DNA of 64,000 bases from Phoronis australis (Eukaryota > Animalia > Phoronida): the NCBI GenBank assembly GCA_002633005.1, contig NMRA01000413.1, positions 237,251-301,250 on the forward strand, given 5' to 3'. Shown here in pieces: positions 11,547-25,367 of this stretch. The notes beneath the pieces were generated by a model. The model saw nothing but the letters and a program-made list of their open reading frames with translations, did not search any database and was not told the origin of the DNA. Position 1 is the stretch's first letter. The number at the start of each line of letters is the position of its first letter. Position numbers and translations under genes: made by a program.

Positions 11547-12988
11547 ATTGCTGACAGAAAACCGGCAATATTCTCACGTTTTCGACAAGTTTTTTTAAGT
11601 TTTAATTTTTGTGCATGTGGGCATACCGTAGCTTGACCGTCTGCTTGAAATCACCAATTTAATATGAAAGATACCAAAAAACAACCCTAAAAGTCAATCA
11701 GGTGCCAAACTTGAACACAGGCAGACATATTTATTAACTGGTCTTGAGTTACGTCCATTAATTGGTCGAAATATACCAAGTAGAATAGGGACAACCAATC
11801 ACAGTTTCCCATTGTGTTTCGTGTGAAAAATCGTCGGATACCGCTGCTCGTTTTCCCGTGGTTTATTTTATAATAAAGAATGGCGAAGAGTTGCGTTTGT
11901 AGTGGTTATGCACGATGTGGCTCTTCAATTTGCCGTGGGTCATCAGAGAAGTGCGGACATTGCAAAAGTTCGTACAAGAAGCTCACGTGTCGGTGCACAT
12001 GACACACTGTCACTGAGAAAGTCCATACGTCACAATTATGTCCGCGTAGCTTTTCTTCTATTTTCTCGTTTTTGGATATTGAGCTACGGTTGTGATATGA
12101 AGAGCTTTAAGGAAGGTTTAATGAATCAACAAGGTTTGGTTTGAAATACTTTAAGCGCCAGCCTTGTTATAGACTAATAACGATACAAACACACGAAGAT
12201 GAGCTTGCTGTTCCAAATCCGTTTAGTCACTCCGTGACATCGATTTCGCGCAGTGATATATCTGTCGGACCCTGGAAAACCAACATCCTCAGAATTATTT
12301 TTCAATAAATTACGATTTTCTGGTTACAATTTGTAAATTTTAGGCAAATTAAACTCCTGGGATTTAATCAATTCTGCACGTGTCACTCTAGACGTGAGAT
12401 TCATGACTCGAATCATTCCCTGACATCATTGTTCGTGTGCGTACTGCGTTTGTCATCAGATGCTTCATTGCGTACGTCAGCCGGTAACAAGTTATACCGA
12501 TACTTGCCTTTCTTTGTGTCTTCTTAGTATGTTTGGAGATTGTTGCATGCCGGGATGCAAGCGTCATGAGCTCTCAAAGATTATAGTTTCACCGATTTGG
12601 AATGGATGAAAATCCGTTGGAGTTAGCTGGTTCGCGTCAAGAATATAGCGTTGCCTCTATTCCCCACGATTAAAGCGGGGGAAAACTATTAGGTGTCCAG
12701 TAAACTTTGGCAATCATTTCTTACCGTTGGATAACGAACAGAACTGGGTGGATCCAAGATATCGAGTTAAGGAGTGCAAGACAGAGTATGAGCCATGATT
12801 TTGTACGTCAGACATTCCCACCCACGAACTGCCAAATGGAATCTTAGAGACTTTTATGCTGGGCGACGGCCCCCTTGCCCCCCCCCCTTAAATCCGCCAA
12901 TGACGTAAGGGAAATTACCCAAGCCGAAATGATGAAGGTACATACATAACATTTTCTGAACAAAAGCAGGCTGTTATACCGTCTTTAC

Positions 12989-13134
12989 TTTGTCTGCCCC
13001 ATCGCCACAGCATAGCAAGCTGCAGCCACTGTAGTCACTCAAGGCCAAAATTAGTTGGTGAACGGTGAAAGCAGCGCCCAAGGCCACCAGCCAGGACATC
13101 TTCACTATGAACGCGATAAACGTTTTGAGGTCAG
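12989..13134 (-). CDS. Candidate hydrophobic exon (DLKTFIAFIVK)MSWLVALGAAFTVHQLILALSDYSGCSLLCCGDGADK
   Basis: Open GC-richer frame with ATG at 13099 and a phase-0 donor AAA|GTAAAG, compatible with the 9362 exon. Possible acceptors at 13134 and 13148; TATA-like TATAAATAG at 13219-13228 on the minus strand. No homology recognised. Confidence 0.3.
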
Positions 13135-14039
13135 CTATTTCTCACCCTCTGCGGGTCAAATAAAGATTAAATCCTGCTCAACTGCTAACCGGATTCTAGT
13201 GTAAAGCTGCGTTTCGTCCTATTTATAGTAGCTGGTTGAAAAGAAAATCGCAATAGCTTCTTAAATTTGTTCTCACGGTATTCCTTACCATGGTATGATT
13301 CATTTTCCGTTACCGACTCAAGTCACAGGCACCAATTACGAATTTGCAATTTAGGGTTGGTCATCCAAAGTTGGTAATGGTTTCGATGCTCTAGCTGGTA
13401 ACGGAAATAGGATGCTATCACTTCAATGAGACCTATCTTATGAGAGTGAAAGGCGTAATTCGATTTCTCTTTTTAGCCAGATATGAGGTGAAATGCAATC
13501 CAGGCCGACAGTACAAAGCAAATAATTCCGTATTTTTGTAATATAGTATGTCCTCAACAGATGGCCAAAATGAATTTCCGCAAAAAGCTAGCGGCGAATG
13601 ATTCGGGTCGCAAATGTCACTTCCAGAGTGAAGCGTGGATAATTAGTCAGAACCTGGGGGAATTTAATTGATTTGAAAATATTTCTAGGAGAACCAGAAC
13701 TTCGTAAATATAGAAAAAGACACTAAAACTGTTGCCTGCTCTGTAATTCTTAGCATGATGTCAACCTGAGTGGAAGTTTTATTCGTTTAAGTGTGAAAAG
13801 GAATCGTATCATCTGTGCCAAGCGTGGAAAACGTGTGAATTGTGACACGCTAACGTGGCACTCGCTTAAGTCACGTTTGGGGGTTCAGTACAATTTAAAG
13901 GATTTTATACCCGTGCCAAACGTTTGAGGGTTGACGAGGTATACATACCATTGTTTCAGTCTAGAGAGCAAGATCGGAAAGTCGTTGGTAATATCTTGTA
14001 AGAAGCCCAAGCCGGGTTTTGTGTGTTTTAAATGTTATA

Positions 14040-15590
14040 CCTACCGTTGGAGCCAGTCCTACACCATTCATCGGGGTACTGTCGGAAATCTTCGTGTCAC
14101 GTGGTCACTAGTGGGTGGTCCTTTGTGGTTTTCCAACCCCACCTGGTGGCTGCTACTTCCGACGAGGCGCTGGCAAGTAGTTGGTAATTCACAACCACTG
14201 TCTCTGATCAATTTCATTTTATTGCTCATGATTTCCACAGCTTCTCTGATTTTTCGATTCCGTTACTTATTTTCTCTAGATAGTATTTTGACTTCAGGTT
14301 TACACGAGTTGTGCGAATGTGTTCTGCTACGGCTGTAGGGTTGCCAGATGATTTGTTGAGGTGTTCGTTTAGTCTGGTACCTAGATTCCGAGCGGTTTCA
14401 ACAACATATCTGGCAGGACAATCAAGGCATTCAATTATGTATGTCACCCCGCATTTCTTATTGCCATCTGGCTTGTCTTTCGGAAGGACTTAGGCACTTC
14501 CGGCCGTAGGATGTTGAATGGTTTGTGGTAGGTGCCCACCTGCTGTTCTCTGAAGATTTTAGATATATTTTCCGAGAGACCGTGAACGTACAGAAAGGCT
14601 ATGTTGACTCCAAAAGGCAAACCTTCTTAGTCACATAGGGTCTAGGATCGGACATCCAGTAGGAGTTGTCATTGTCAGGTAACACATATTTGATTCTAGT
14701 CTGTCCCACATGTTTGTCATTTTCCTTTGTTGCTAATTGCCCACCTCTGTTTAAAAGTGTACGCACGACTGGTCTTTCATGTTGTAGATTATGGTTTAAG
14801 CGGAAATTTAGGTACAGGTCGGTGTGAGTAGGTTTCCTGTAGATAGTGACCGTTGCACTGCCGTCTTTTTTGATGTGTATGCACGTGCCACGAAACGGAA
14901 GTCTGTAATCTGTATGGGTGCTCAATGGTAAACTTGATGTCAGGGTCCACAGAGTTGATGTGAATTTACTAACTTAGAACTCCTGTAGCGGTATCACAAT
15001 AGTGGGGGACGGTAGCCGTAGCGATGGCTCTAGTTTCGAAACTTTCCATGTACGGATTAGCCACGATGGGGCTAATGGGCGAGCCCAAGGCAGCACCGTG
15101 TTGTAGAAATTACTTCTGTATAGGAAATGCGTAGTGTTCTGACAAAATTGCAAGTGTTCAAGTTTTTGTCCCATATTCAACTTGGTTCCATGATTCCATG
15201 ACTGGTCGTGAACTTCTAGTCAATAGGCGAAATGGAGTCAGGAACTGGTATGCTGGTAATTAGTGTACTTAAATCAAAAGATACGATGATTTGACCCGGA
15301 GGAACTTCAAGTTCTTTGATCTTGGACACAAAGTCCGTTCTGTTGGTAATATGATAGGGAGTGTCACCCACTAATGACTAATGACTCCAGATAAGTACTT
15401 CGGAGGACCAAAAGGGGTTGGTGGGCTATAGCCTCCACTTTTTTCAGTACTGCGCCTCGCATGTTGGAGAGTCGTAAATCTTCGGTATCTCTTCCTTCCT
15501 GGAGTAAATTTTCTATTTGGTTTCAATGTCAATGGTTTTATATTTTTGCCAAGCTGTCAATTTGTTGACCAATGTGTCTAAGAAAGCTGA
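14040..15590 (-). mobile_element. Penelope-like retroelement, decayed RT plus GIY-YIG endonuclease
   Basis: Frame-shifted fragments: IPKIYDSP, IIVSFDLSTLITSIP, HGAALGSPISPIVANPYMESFE, TIYRKPTHTDLYLNF..NH, CGVTYIIECLDCPARYV.ETARNLGTRLNEH. Confidence 0.9.
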
Positions 15591-16040
15591 CCTGTTTAGA
15601 GTCAATGTAGCCAAACTGTACGTTCACGGTCTCTCGGAAAAATTGTCTAACATCTTCAGAGCAGAGAACACGAGGTGGTACCTACCAAAAACCATTCAAC
15701 GGCCTTTATTGTCCTGCCACATATGTTGGTGTGACCGCTCGGAATCTGGGTACAAGACTAAAAGAACACTTCCACTGTATGGACACATCGCACAACAAAA
15801 TACTATCTAGAGAGAATAAACATTGGAATCGCAAAATCCGAGAAGCAGTTGAAATCATGAGCAATAAAACAAAATTTCATATGAATTACAAGCTATTTAC
15901 CAGCGCCTCCTCGCAAGTAACAGTCACCAGGTGGAGTTGGACAACCACCAAGGACCACCCACTAGTCACCACGTGACACGAAGATTTGCGCCAGTAAGCC
16001 GAAGAAGTGCTCAGGGCGGGCTCGCAAACACAAACAGGTC
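15591..16040 (+). mobile_element. Inverted partial 3' copy (pseudo-LTR) of the same Penelope element
   Basis: 15591-15690 is the reverse complement of ~14510-14620, and ~15925-15987 is the reverse complement of ~14087-14148. Encodes YVHGLSEKLSNIF and ARNLGTRLKEH..RKIREAVEI. Confidence 0.85.
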
Positions 16041-19000
16041 TCCGATAGGTAATGACTCTCTCCCCTACATGTGTACACTATGTAACGGCGGCAGCTACGA
16101 ACATTCCTTTTGTCGTGATGATGTTTAGATGGTCAATATCGTCTTGTGTCTGCTAAAAACAATTTACTTAAAGCAAGTAAGACCAGTCTAAATCAAAGGC
16201 TGTCTCAATCGGATGCTGGGTGACCAAGTCAGGTAACCAGATTCGCATGATCCCTATTGAGGCGGGTTCTTCGAGCAGAGAATATGTAAAACACAAAAAA
16301 CGTGTCGCTTTGGGCGACCATTCTGTAAATGGCGGCTCATCACCTCTCGTTTCCCTTGTTCGTCCTGATCATTCTCCAAAAAGGAATTACGTTGATCTGG
16401 GATGGGGTCAAGGACACAGTTGAGAATGAGGGTGGTTGGACTCCCTGAAAGAACACAGTTTTTAAACAGATGAGCCGCAAATTGAAATTCAGTTTGTTTC
16501 TCCAAGTACAACCAACCTAAATGTGTGCATGACTATGAAACAATTTGTTTGCAGTCTGGTGAACAATTTTTCAATTGCTAAAGCTAAATCTGCATTTTGT
16601 TGTTGGCCACACGTCTGGTGTATAGGGAAATGAATACCTGAGTCTTATCAGTGAGGTACGTTTTCCTAAGTCACACGTGCTGTTATTGTTAACCTAATTC
16701 ACATCAGTAAATAAAAGAAATGTTTAACTTGCAGTTCGGCCTGTTTACTTTGACTTAATTCCTGTGTGTACTTTCAGCTCACCGTGCTGATATATCTTGC
16801 AAGCACATTTCTTGTGCATTTTCCTTAAAGATTTGGTCTACACTTTAAATGCTCCAAGATCATCAAAAACATCTTTCAACTTTCTTTAGCAACGAACATT
16901 TTATGCAAGATAGTGGACGGTCGTGATGCTCACATATTCTCGCATCACGACTGGCTGGAATGAACGGCTTCTTTGACATGTCAGAACTACATGTACTCAT
17001 TCCGCCTGCGATCAGTCATTATGACGGGCAATTTCGGATCCTTTTCTTTGATTATTTTAAACTGTACTGTACGTTTGTGTTATGTAACCACAGAAAAGTA
17101 CGGAAACTTATGACGGAAGACAAAGACGAATTGATGTGAATGTTCATAGCTACTCAAAACTTTGCCTGATACCAAGGTCATATGGAATGAAACTTAGAAT
17201 TGGAAAAGCATTGATGTAGTGCTGCCCGTCTCCTATAAAAAACGGGAAGGTGAATTTTCACCTGCTTGCAGTATTGTGTCTGAAATTGGCAAGATTTACA
17301 GCATTATAACTGACGTTTCTCGTGTTCACTCAGGCAACGATTTGGTGTATTTTTCTCTAGCTACATGTAAAGTGTGTCGAAATCCCAGGCTCGCTTCATG
17401 ATTCGTCTTCAAAAATTCGATGGTACAAATAAGTTCAATTTCGGAATCTGTCATAACAAACCTTCCACATGCTGGTTTCCAGACAGCACAGAAATTGTAT
17501 AGCAACCAAATGACCTCGGTGTAAAGCTGTACGTAACGGGGGTCAACAGAACCCCTGCTGTCTTGCAGTCATCTGCAAGTAAAGCAGCAACCATGATATT
17601 ATGTCTGATTAACATCTAGATTAGCAATCTCATATGCCAAAAAATGTGAACCTCATACCAACACAACTGAGAATTTTATTCGTTAAAATAGAACTCACAA
17701 ACTTTCAAACCGTTAGGCTACAGCAATGTAAACACACGCTATTTCGTACTTCCTCTTGCGTTTGGTAAATGTTGCCAAACTTTTTATCTTTTTCTTTGTT
17801 TTGTGTGATGTAACAGTTCGTCTATAAAACAGTCCAAATTCGGTGGAATAAATAAATACCGTATTGCTGCACCTTTAGGTCCATGAGCTTTATTTCTCAC
17901 ATGACTGGTTAATATCACCGAGTACACTCGTTAGGGATTGTTTTTTATAGATGAGCTCCCTTTTATCCTGTTTGTTTTGTTTGTCTTCTTTCGTCATAAT
18001 AGATGGAATGAATTTCACCCTCCTTGTTTATGTTCAAACCAGCTTGGAAGTCTTTTTCACCATCAGATTATATTTTAATCACCATAAATATGTCTCATTC
18101 CCATTTGCCCTATCCTCGCTCCTCTGAGATTGTCAGCTCGGTACGATTTAACTTTTCCACCGTCCAATGTCGTATTACTCATTTTTGATACAGCATTATT
18201 TCTTTTTTCACGTTGCCATTAAAAAATGTTGGTCTTATGCCTATTTCTTGGTCAGTAGTTTAAAGGGAAGCGAATTAAATTTCAATGTACTTTAGGCCTC
18301 ACTTTCTCATCATAAACCAACGTTACTTCTGACCAAACTGCTCCAAAGCACTGTTAAATTACATGTGATTTTCCTCTGATTTCCTTAATTTTAAAGATTT
18401 TTACAATAATTTTGACGAAGCTAGAATTTTTTCAAATGAAAATAAAATCTGGTTAGGTTTAAGAAATAACCGTACCGCTCTCTTGCTCATACATGTAGAT
18501 GTAGCAGCAAGTACGACTTGAATTGCAAAGACACAACAAACCTGTAATTTCGCATGAGATAAATTCCCCGTTAGGCGATTTAACCGTCACATTCCAGGAA
18601 CCATCTTTCGTCTCGAGTCTTTGCTTGGCATCAACTAAAACATTTTCAATAGTACGTGTTTCGTGGATTATTTACAGCAAATGAAAGGTAACAGTGTTCG
18701 ATGACAATGTGTCAGGTTGGTTTCTGTTTCGAGAACCAGCCAAAAAGTGACACTAACAGACGGTACGTTTTCATACAGTGCTCGGCTTTCACAAACAAGG
18801 CAATTGGAAACATTTACAGTAGAAAATCAGATGGCCTTTGCACTGAAGCAAACTATTATCTTCCAGAGTTTACCTTCTTGGAAAAACAATTTTATTTAGT
18901 TCAATTTAATATCGCTTTATAGTACGTCGTGCATGTTTTAATTTTATTTTAATGTTAGTTGAGACTATTAAAATATCAAACATTTTTAAAAACATACCAA

Positions 19001-21154
19001 TAAATTTAAATCGTGTCCCGGCACACTGCTTCTTCGCAAGAACGAGTTTCAAATTGTCAGCCACAACTGCAATGCATCAAATTCAAGTCAGCAACACCAT
19101 CACTTAAAATGATCACAACGAAGTATTTCTTGTGCACGAAAAAAAATTCCAGATGTGCGTCATCGTGATTGTTCGCGAAGATAGTTATATTTTCCATACA
19201 TGCTTTTTTCACACAAAACTTGCAAATTCTGTTTCTTTATTACATTAGCAACAAATGATGTCTTGGGATTTTCTTTCAGGGTTTTTAGCCCTAGAATTCC
19301 ACTCTCAAATATAAAGACGCCAACGTTCCTTCGAAACACGTAAGTCGGTCCTGATTTTTGACACTCGAGTTCTCCTGATACACTATAAAAGGCATTAACC
19401 ATCTTAAAGTCGATTTTGTAGCAGAATTTCTCTCGAGTTAGCATGGTAAAGTGTGGAAAATATGTCGATCTTCAAGATAAATCATTATTTTCAGAAAATT
19501 ACATGTTCTTGACATCACTGACACCTAAGCATTGCTTTTGTGCACCCAAAAAATCTCCGATCATCAACGATTTTTGAAATATATATAGTTTTATGGGTGT
19601 ACTCTTTCAATAAAAAGTTATTTAAGAAATTCCATCCTTGTTACACAGGTGTGTTTATTTATCTATAAAACCCTAAAGATGTATGGAGCACCACATCAAA
19701 AATTGATTAAGTTCAGAATGAGATAAAGCTAGATGAAGCTGTTTATTAAACAAAAACAACACATCGGACCGTGCCAACCAGAATGTGTTCACAAGACTTC
19801 TGTTTAACTTACGCAAGGTAAGAAATAAACAGTTCGTACAGCTTAATTACATTTCTTTCATGTGCCGTAAACATCTTTTTGCACAAATTTTGACTAAAAA
19901 TAATTCTTAAGCGGAAACCCAACATGTTTGGTTTTTGGTTTTATCAATAACACCAATACTGAGAAACTGAGTTATCTACAATGTAGATGTATGAGATTTA
20001 TTTCAGGGTTCCGTTGAACTCGAGTCGCTCATCGCAGCAGAACCAGAGAGGGCACAGTGGTGTTGCGGCAATTCTCGTGTAGTAAACAGAAGAGTAACTT
20101 TAGCACGCATTATCTACGTTAAATCCTGTCAGATTTTCACCACATGCGGTATTTTCAGACAAAAATTCTTGGCAATATCTGGAAATATCGTGGTTGCATC
20201 AAAAGTATCATGTACATGTAATGATGGCATTTCTGGTTTGGATTACTGGGTTTCATGTGTTCTGTTCCCTTTAGCGTATGTTGTACCTTCGCCTAGCAAT
20301 GTTTAGGGAATTCACGAAGTGTCGTAGATGTCCACGACGTTGTTTGGCAGTTCTAGCTGAGCCGACTCGTGGACACGTGATCTCGCTACCTGGTGACTGA
20401 GAACAAGTGATCAAAATAGTGATAAAGTGAGGCTGCTGGAAATCATAACTTTTCAAATAAAAGTTATCACAAACTCAGCAGTGGAATATAGATATTGAGC
20501 GTTCATACTGAAATTTACACAAAATTGCTTAATTTTATGTCATCTGGGAGGCACGGTCTATTCCACACAAACATTCACTACAAGAGTGAGCGCAACGGTT
20601 GACCACAAAATTTTAAACGGTTGCAAAAAGACGTACACCTGTACCCCTGCTGCTTGATGAACAAACTTTAAAGGTTTTGGGACTTCCTAAAGTAAAAGAA
20701 GGAATTATACAATCAATCACCCTCTGAAAACGTTGACTTCCTATCAATCTAGTTGACTATAGTAATGCGTTGTTTCTTAACCGTTTTGTTCACCGGTGTC
20801 AGACAAGATCACCGCCTGTCCGGGATGATTTGCCAGTCAGCTATTAGCGAAGGAACTACATTGTATGTGTCCTTGAGCACTGACAATCATTGCACAAAGC
20901 ATGACAATTCACCAAGTTGGTGTTTCAAAATTCTTTTGGTCAAAATAGAAAATCAAATCTGCAGTGCAGTAAAATTTACAAACTGGCTAAAATTAATTTC
21001 TTAAAAGCACCCCATCAAGGTATTTACATCTATATGGACCTTCTGAAAAAGGTATCAATGATCAACCAAATTCTTTGATGTAGGTTTAACTGTTTGCGTA
21101 CGTGGCAAGACTGATTACTTGCAATGTACACGGAAATACCCAGGTGTTAATGTC

Positions 21155-21971
21155 CATAGGCGGATTTAGGGGGGCCCAGGGGGCTCGCCCCCAACCCNTC
21201 AAGTGTCAAATTCGGAACACGGCGCAATCGTATGGAACTATGGCTAAGTATAGGCTCTCCCGAGATATCCCAGGCGACCGGTAGTGGCGCTGCACACTAC
21301 GACTCTGTTTCCGTCGTCTGCTCCACTGTGCAATGAAGAAAATTACTTCATTTTTTAAAGAAAATGGAATGTGAGTGATGGTGGATAAACAGAAGCTGCA
21401 GGTAAGATGTCAATTTTAATTGAAGCCTTAGTGAATCACTCAGAAACTCATAATTCTCTCTTTGTCAAACCTTAACTTAAAACGATTTCCAAAGCAATCG
21501 CGTCATTATTGCCAAAACAAAAAAAGGATTTGGTCTTTTGTGCAATTGAAGACTATTTTAAATACAACATATGTTACGAACTGATATCAGGAAATATAAA
21601 ACATGTAATTAACATTACAAAAAGAAGGAGGTTTCGCGCGCAAACGCTGTGGACCATAAGGAAGTGGGTCTCTTAGTGACACATTAGGAGTTATTTCGTG
21701 GTGAAGTGGTAAAGGGCGTGTACTCTATCCTCCAGGTCGTGAGTTCGAGTCTGTGATACACGCAATTTTTTTTTGCCTTTTTTCTTGGATAATACTTCGG
21801 GAATCAAGGAAAATGCTCGATTTTTAGAGGAAAAAACAGAAAAATTTCCTGGGCAAACACCCCTCCCGACCTCCCCCCATTCGGTGCTATGCGCATCTAC
21901 AATCGTGCTTTGAGCAAATGTTTACAGACGAAATGTTGGGCCTCCCTTGTGATATCCTAGATCCGCCAATG
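21155..21971. mobile_element. hAT-like MITE containing a tRNA-like/SINE head at ~21697-21762
   Basis: TIRs CATAGGCGGATTTAGG / CCTAGATCCGCCAATG with G/C-run subterminal sequence; a related end lies at ~12860-12902. No clean TSD. Confidence 0.6.
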
Positions 21972-24110
21972 ATGTGGAAGTAGGCTATAAACAGCACCAG
22001 GCCCATGATATACAGTATAAACCCGCTCACGAGTATCACGCTGATTGCGTCAGATTTTACTGTTTTGATCGGAATTTCATTGCGTCTCTTCGATGCGACA
22101 CAGATAAAGAAAGTAAAAACGAGCGGTGCAGCGACCTTTTGGGTTAGCGAAGGGAAGCAATAGCAGCTTTCAAAAGCTCGAGAGGCTAAGTTCGACAAGG
22201 CGCAAGTTAGCGAGTGCGATGTCCCGGCCAATGTCGCCGGTGATAACGAATGCTCATTGTCGAAGGATAGTTCAAACGATATTTTATCTGACTGTCAGCG
22301 AATTTTTCCAGACTCTATTTGCAAGAGAAAATACTGGCTAATGTTTATGTTTATAGCCACGATAATAATCAGTTGGGTAGTGAGGAAGTCCACATCGCAG
22401 AGATTGTTTTTTGCTTGACTTTAGTGTTGACTTGTTCCAGTTTGAATAACAACATAATTTGTTTTACCCTGGGTGCTCTGCAGAAGCCTGGATATTTAGT
22501 AAAACCGAGAACTATGCCAGATTTTCACAGGAAATACACACGACGTGCACTTCGGTTGACTGTGACTTTCGACTGTATTATTATTCAAGTGCACAGTTTG
22601 AGGTAAATCTGAGAGTGGATGACACTTTTGACTCATGAAAGTCTTGCATTTCTCTCAAAGTGTGATAGCGGTGTCGTTTGCTTGCACTTGACACAAACGC
22701 GGTTTCTTGTGTCACTACGGTCTTGGAACTGTAATCGGAGTTACATGTCTTTGACAATGAAATATTGGCTTCGTGTGGTTTGGCAGGAAATGGCACCTAC
22801 ACAAAGTTGAGTGGATTGAGAGTTATCGTCGAAATTCAGAAACGGTCGAGCTAAGCTGGCCACCAAAAATCTTGAATTGGCACAGCAGTAAGAACACAAT
22901 ATTATATTTCCGGTACTTTAATATTCTAATACTTATTGTAAATTCGTTCAAACTTTGCACTTGCTGCTATTGGTAGTTAATTCAAAAGAAAAAAACATGA
23001 TTCAATTTAATTTGAGTTTGAGTTCAGACAGAGCAATCATACTCTTCTATAACGTAGATATAAAATATAGTCTAAAACTATTTTGCACAAAATATACAAA
23101 AAGGTACATTTTCAGTGCAAATTGAGACGCGAGGTTTTTAATTACCATCTTCATTCTGTAAATGATTTGCAATAACACAAATTATTAGTATTAGGCCTAC
23201 AGTTGAACTGAGTGTTGATAAAGTTGATCAAATACAAGTATCAACTTGTTTTATTTTCTTACCTTATTTTGTGTCAAGACCGCAAAATCAATTCAAAACA
23301 TTCGACGACACTCACCATTGCGTGAACTGAGGAGCCCCACGATAATGGTCACAATACTTAAACAGCGCTCAATATAACTCGAGCCTTGTGGTCACCTCAA
23401 AACTAAATTTATCGTACTGTATTCTGGCCAACCAAAGGACAGGAATATCAGTGGTCGTGTAGTATAAACTCCTGGAGGAGCTAACGAATACGGAAATAAA
23501 TTTCCAACTCATACGGTTATACTCATGGCATTGGATTGCTAAACTAAAAATTCGGGTGCTGGACCTTTAGCCACGCGTTGATCTTAAAAAGAAAAGTTGT
23601 CAGGAGTTTGCGTACTCTTCACAATTGTCCGGGACGCTTAACTTGTTAAGCCGAGTATGGGCGTTTTAAAAAGTAAATTTTGAGAAGTCAGTGATGGGAA
23701 TTTATCCAAAAGATCCATTGAGGTAAATACTTTGAAGTTCAAGAGTCAAGTAAAGGAGAGTAGGAAACTACGGACATTCTTCCACCCGAATAAGACAAGG
23801 TGATGCTGCAAACAGAATCAAAATCAAAATGAAGGAATTAAACAACTGAAAGGAAATTAGACCAAAGCACTTACAGTACATGCCAAAAGTAATCACGAAA
23901 AATGACCCGGAACTTTCCCGTCGTGACAGCTGAGCACACAAAGAATTCAATTCATAACAACCGTCCGTTATAACGAAAAATGGAGAGCAAAATATAAAAA
24001 TACGGGACGATTACGATGTGGCATTTCAGCCCAAAAGAGGACCATAATGGCTCAGTTGATGTGCTTCGGGGGAAATAACCATTATGGAAAAATGCATTTT
24101 ATTCTATTAC

Positions 24111-24351
24111 TTGTGGCATGAACTGTATCGATGCTCATCTCATAATGAACTGAACTGAACTTTCCTGAATGGGGTTTCTTAACACAAGACATTTCAATGT
24201 TTTCCTCACTGCCATCTACTTCAGACATCCCGCCGAACATCACGTGGTGCAAATCCCCACCAGATGAATGATAGTCGTCACTACTTTCCTCGTCCGAACT
24301 CTCCAGAGCCACGTCAATGTGCTCCATACGAGATTCGTGCTTTCTAGCCAT
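24111..24351 (-). CDS. Probable first coding exon of the TRPC-like gene (acidic N-terminus MARKHESRMEHIDVALESSDEESSDDYH...)
   Basis: Strong acceptor gctttttttcAG (exon starts 24368); ATG at 24351 in good context (AGCATGG); protein-like acidic Ser-rich frame; candidate donor A|GTAATA. Assignment to the TRPC gene rests on strand and position only. Confidence 0.5.
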
Positions 24352-25244
24352 GCTTGGAAACTTCACATCTGAAAAAAGCAGACTCAGGTTACACACGTGT
24401 CTTCGAATTGGGACAGAACAATCAATTATAGAAAGAATCGTTAACATTTTTCCTAAAAAATCTTGCCCATAAGAAACGACAACACGCGTGGATGGATCTA
24501 TCATCAGGGTGAAAGCGAAACGGTGGACCTACATGTATATGCGAGTCTCATTATCCAAAGTTGTGTCGCTATTTGCGTATTAATACTTTAACCAAAAATA
24601 AAACAACACAATGCGTGTAGAACTTCACCAGCTGTACCTAGCTAGTAATGAAGTATTAATTAAAAAGATTTTTCGTTTTTTTCGAGAAATGTGTAAATAA
24701 ATCGTGCTCTAAATTTAAGTGTCTGATACGTCGTAAAATGTAAGAATTTTGTAAAGTGTAACAACTGTTACATTTCACGCAAAATGTAACAACTGTTACA
24801 TTTCACGCCATTGTTATATTTTACATTGCTAAGCCTCTCCTAAAATGTTACAAGTTGTTATATTTTACGTAGTTGTTACATTTTACGTCAAATGCACAGG
24901 CAAGAAACTTATCATTGTTATATTTTACGTCATATTACAAAGAGAATGACCAAAATCAAGAATAAGTGGTATCTGACAAAGCAGGGAGGTACTCGAAAAT
25001 TTTTGGACGAGCAGTGCTGCCCAAAAAATTGGATACCTACCCGTTTAGAGAGTGGGCCTGGGCAAAAAATCACATCTTCGCACAGTCCTGTTCCAGAAAT
25101 TCAGAAAAGGCACCCTTTTAGATACTACTTTGTACATCTTGGAGAGTATTTTTGCTGTGACAAAACACCCTTTTGGGCGGCACTTTTCGTATACCTCTTC
25201 TATAGGAATGCCCTCCGGACTGACATGGAATGAATTTTGGCTAC

Positions 25245-25367
25245 CAATTATCATTTTTATTACTATTACATTACTATTAGTGCTATTAGTACCATTTCTA
25301 CTATTTTTGCTATTACTAGTATTATTACTTTCATTACTCGTTATCGGTATCGTTATCATAATTACTA
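25245..25367. repeat. Degenerate (ATT/ACT)n microsatellite
   Basis: Trinucleotide periodicity attactattacattactattag... Confidence 0.85.

Noticed and set aside
21697-21762. tRNA gene
   Set aside because: A and B boxes are present but there is no intact cloverleaf; SINE-like head. The same applies to ~40960-41034 and 56351-56420.
23260-23810. Possible extra TRPC exons (good-looking minus-strand donors and acceptors)
   Set aside because: Every frame tested hits a stop or needs a weak donor.
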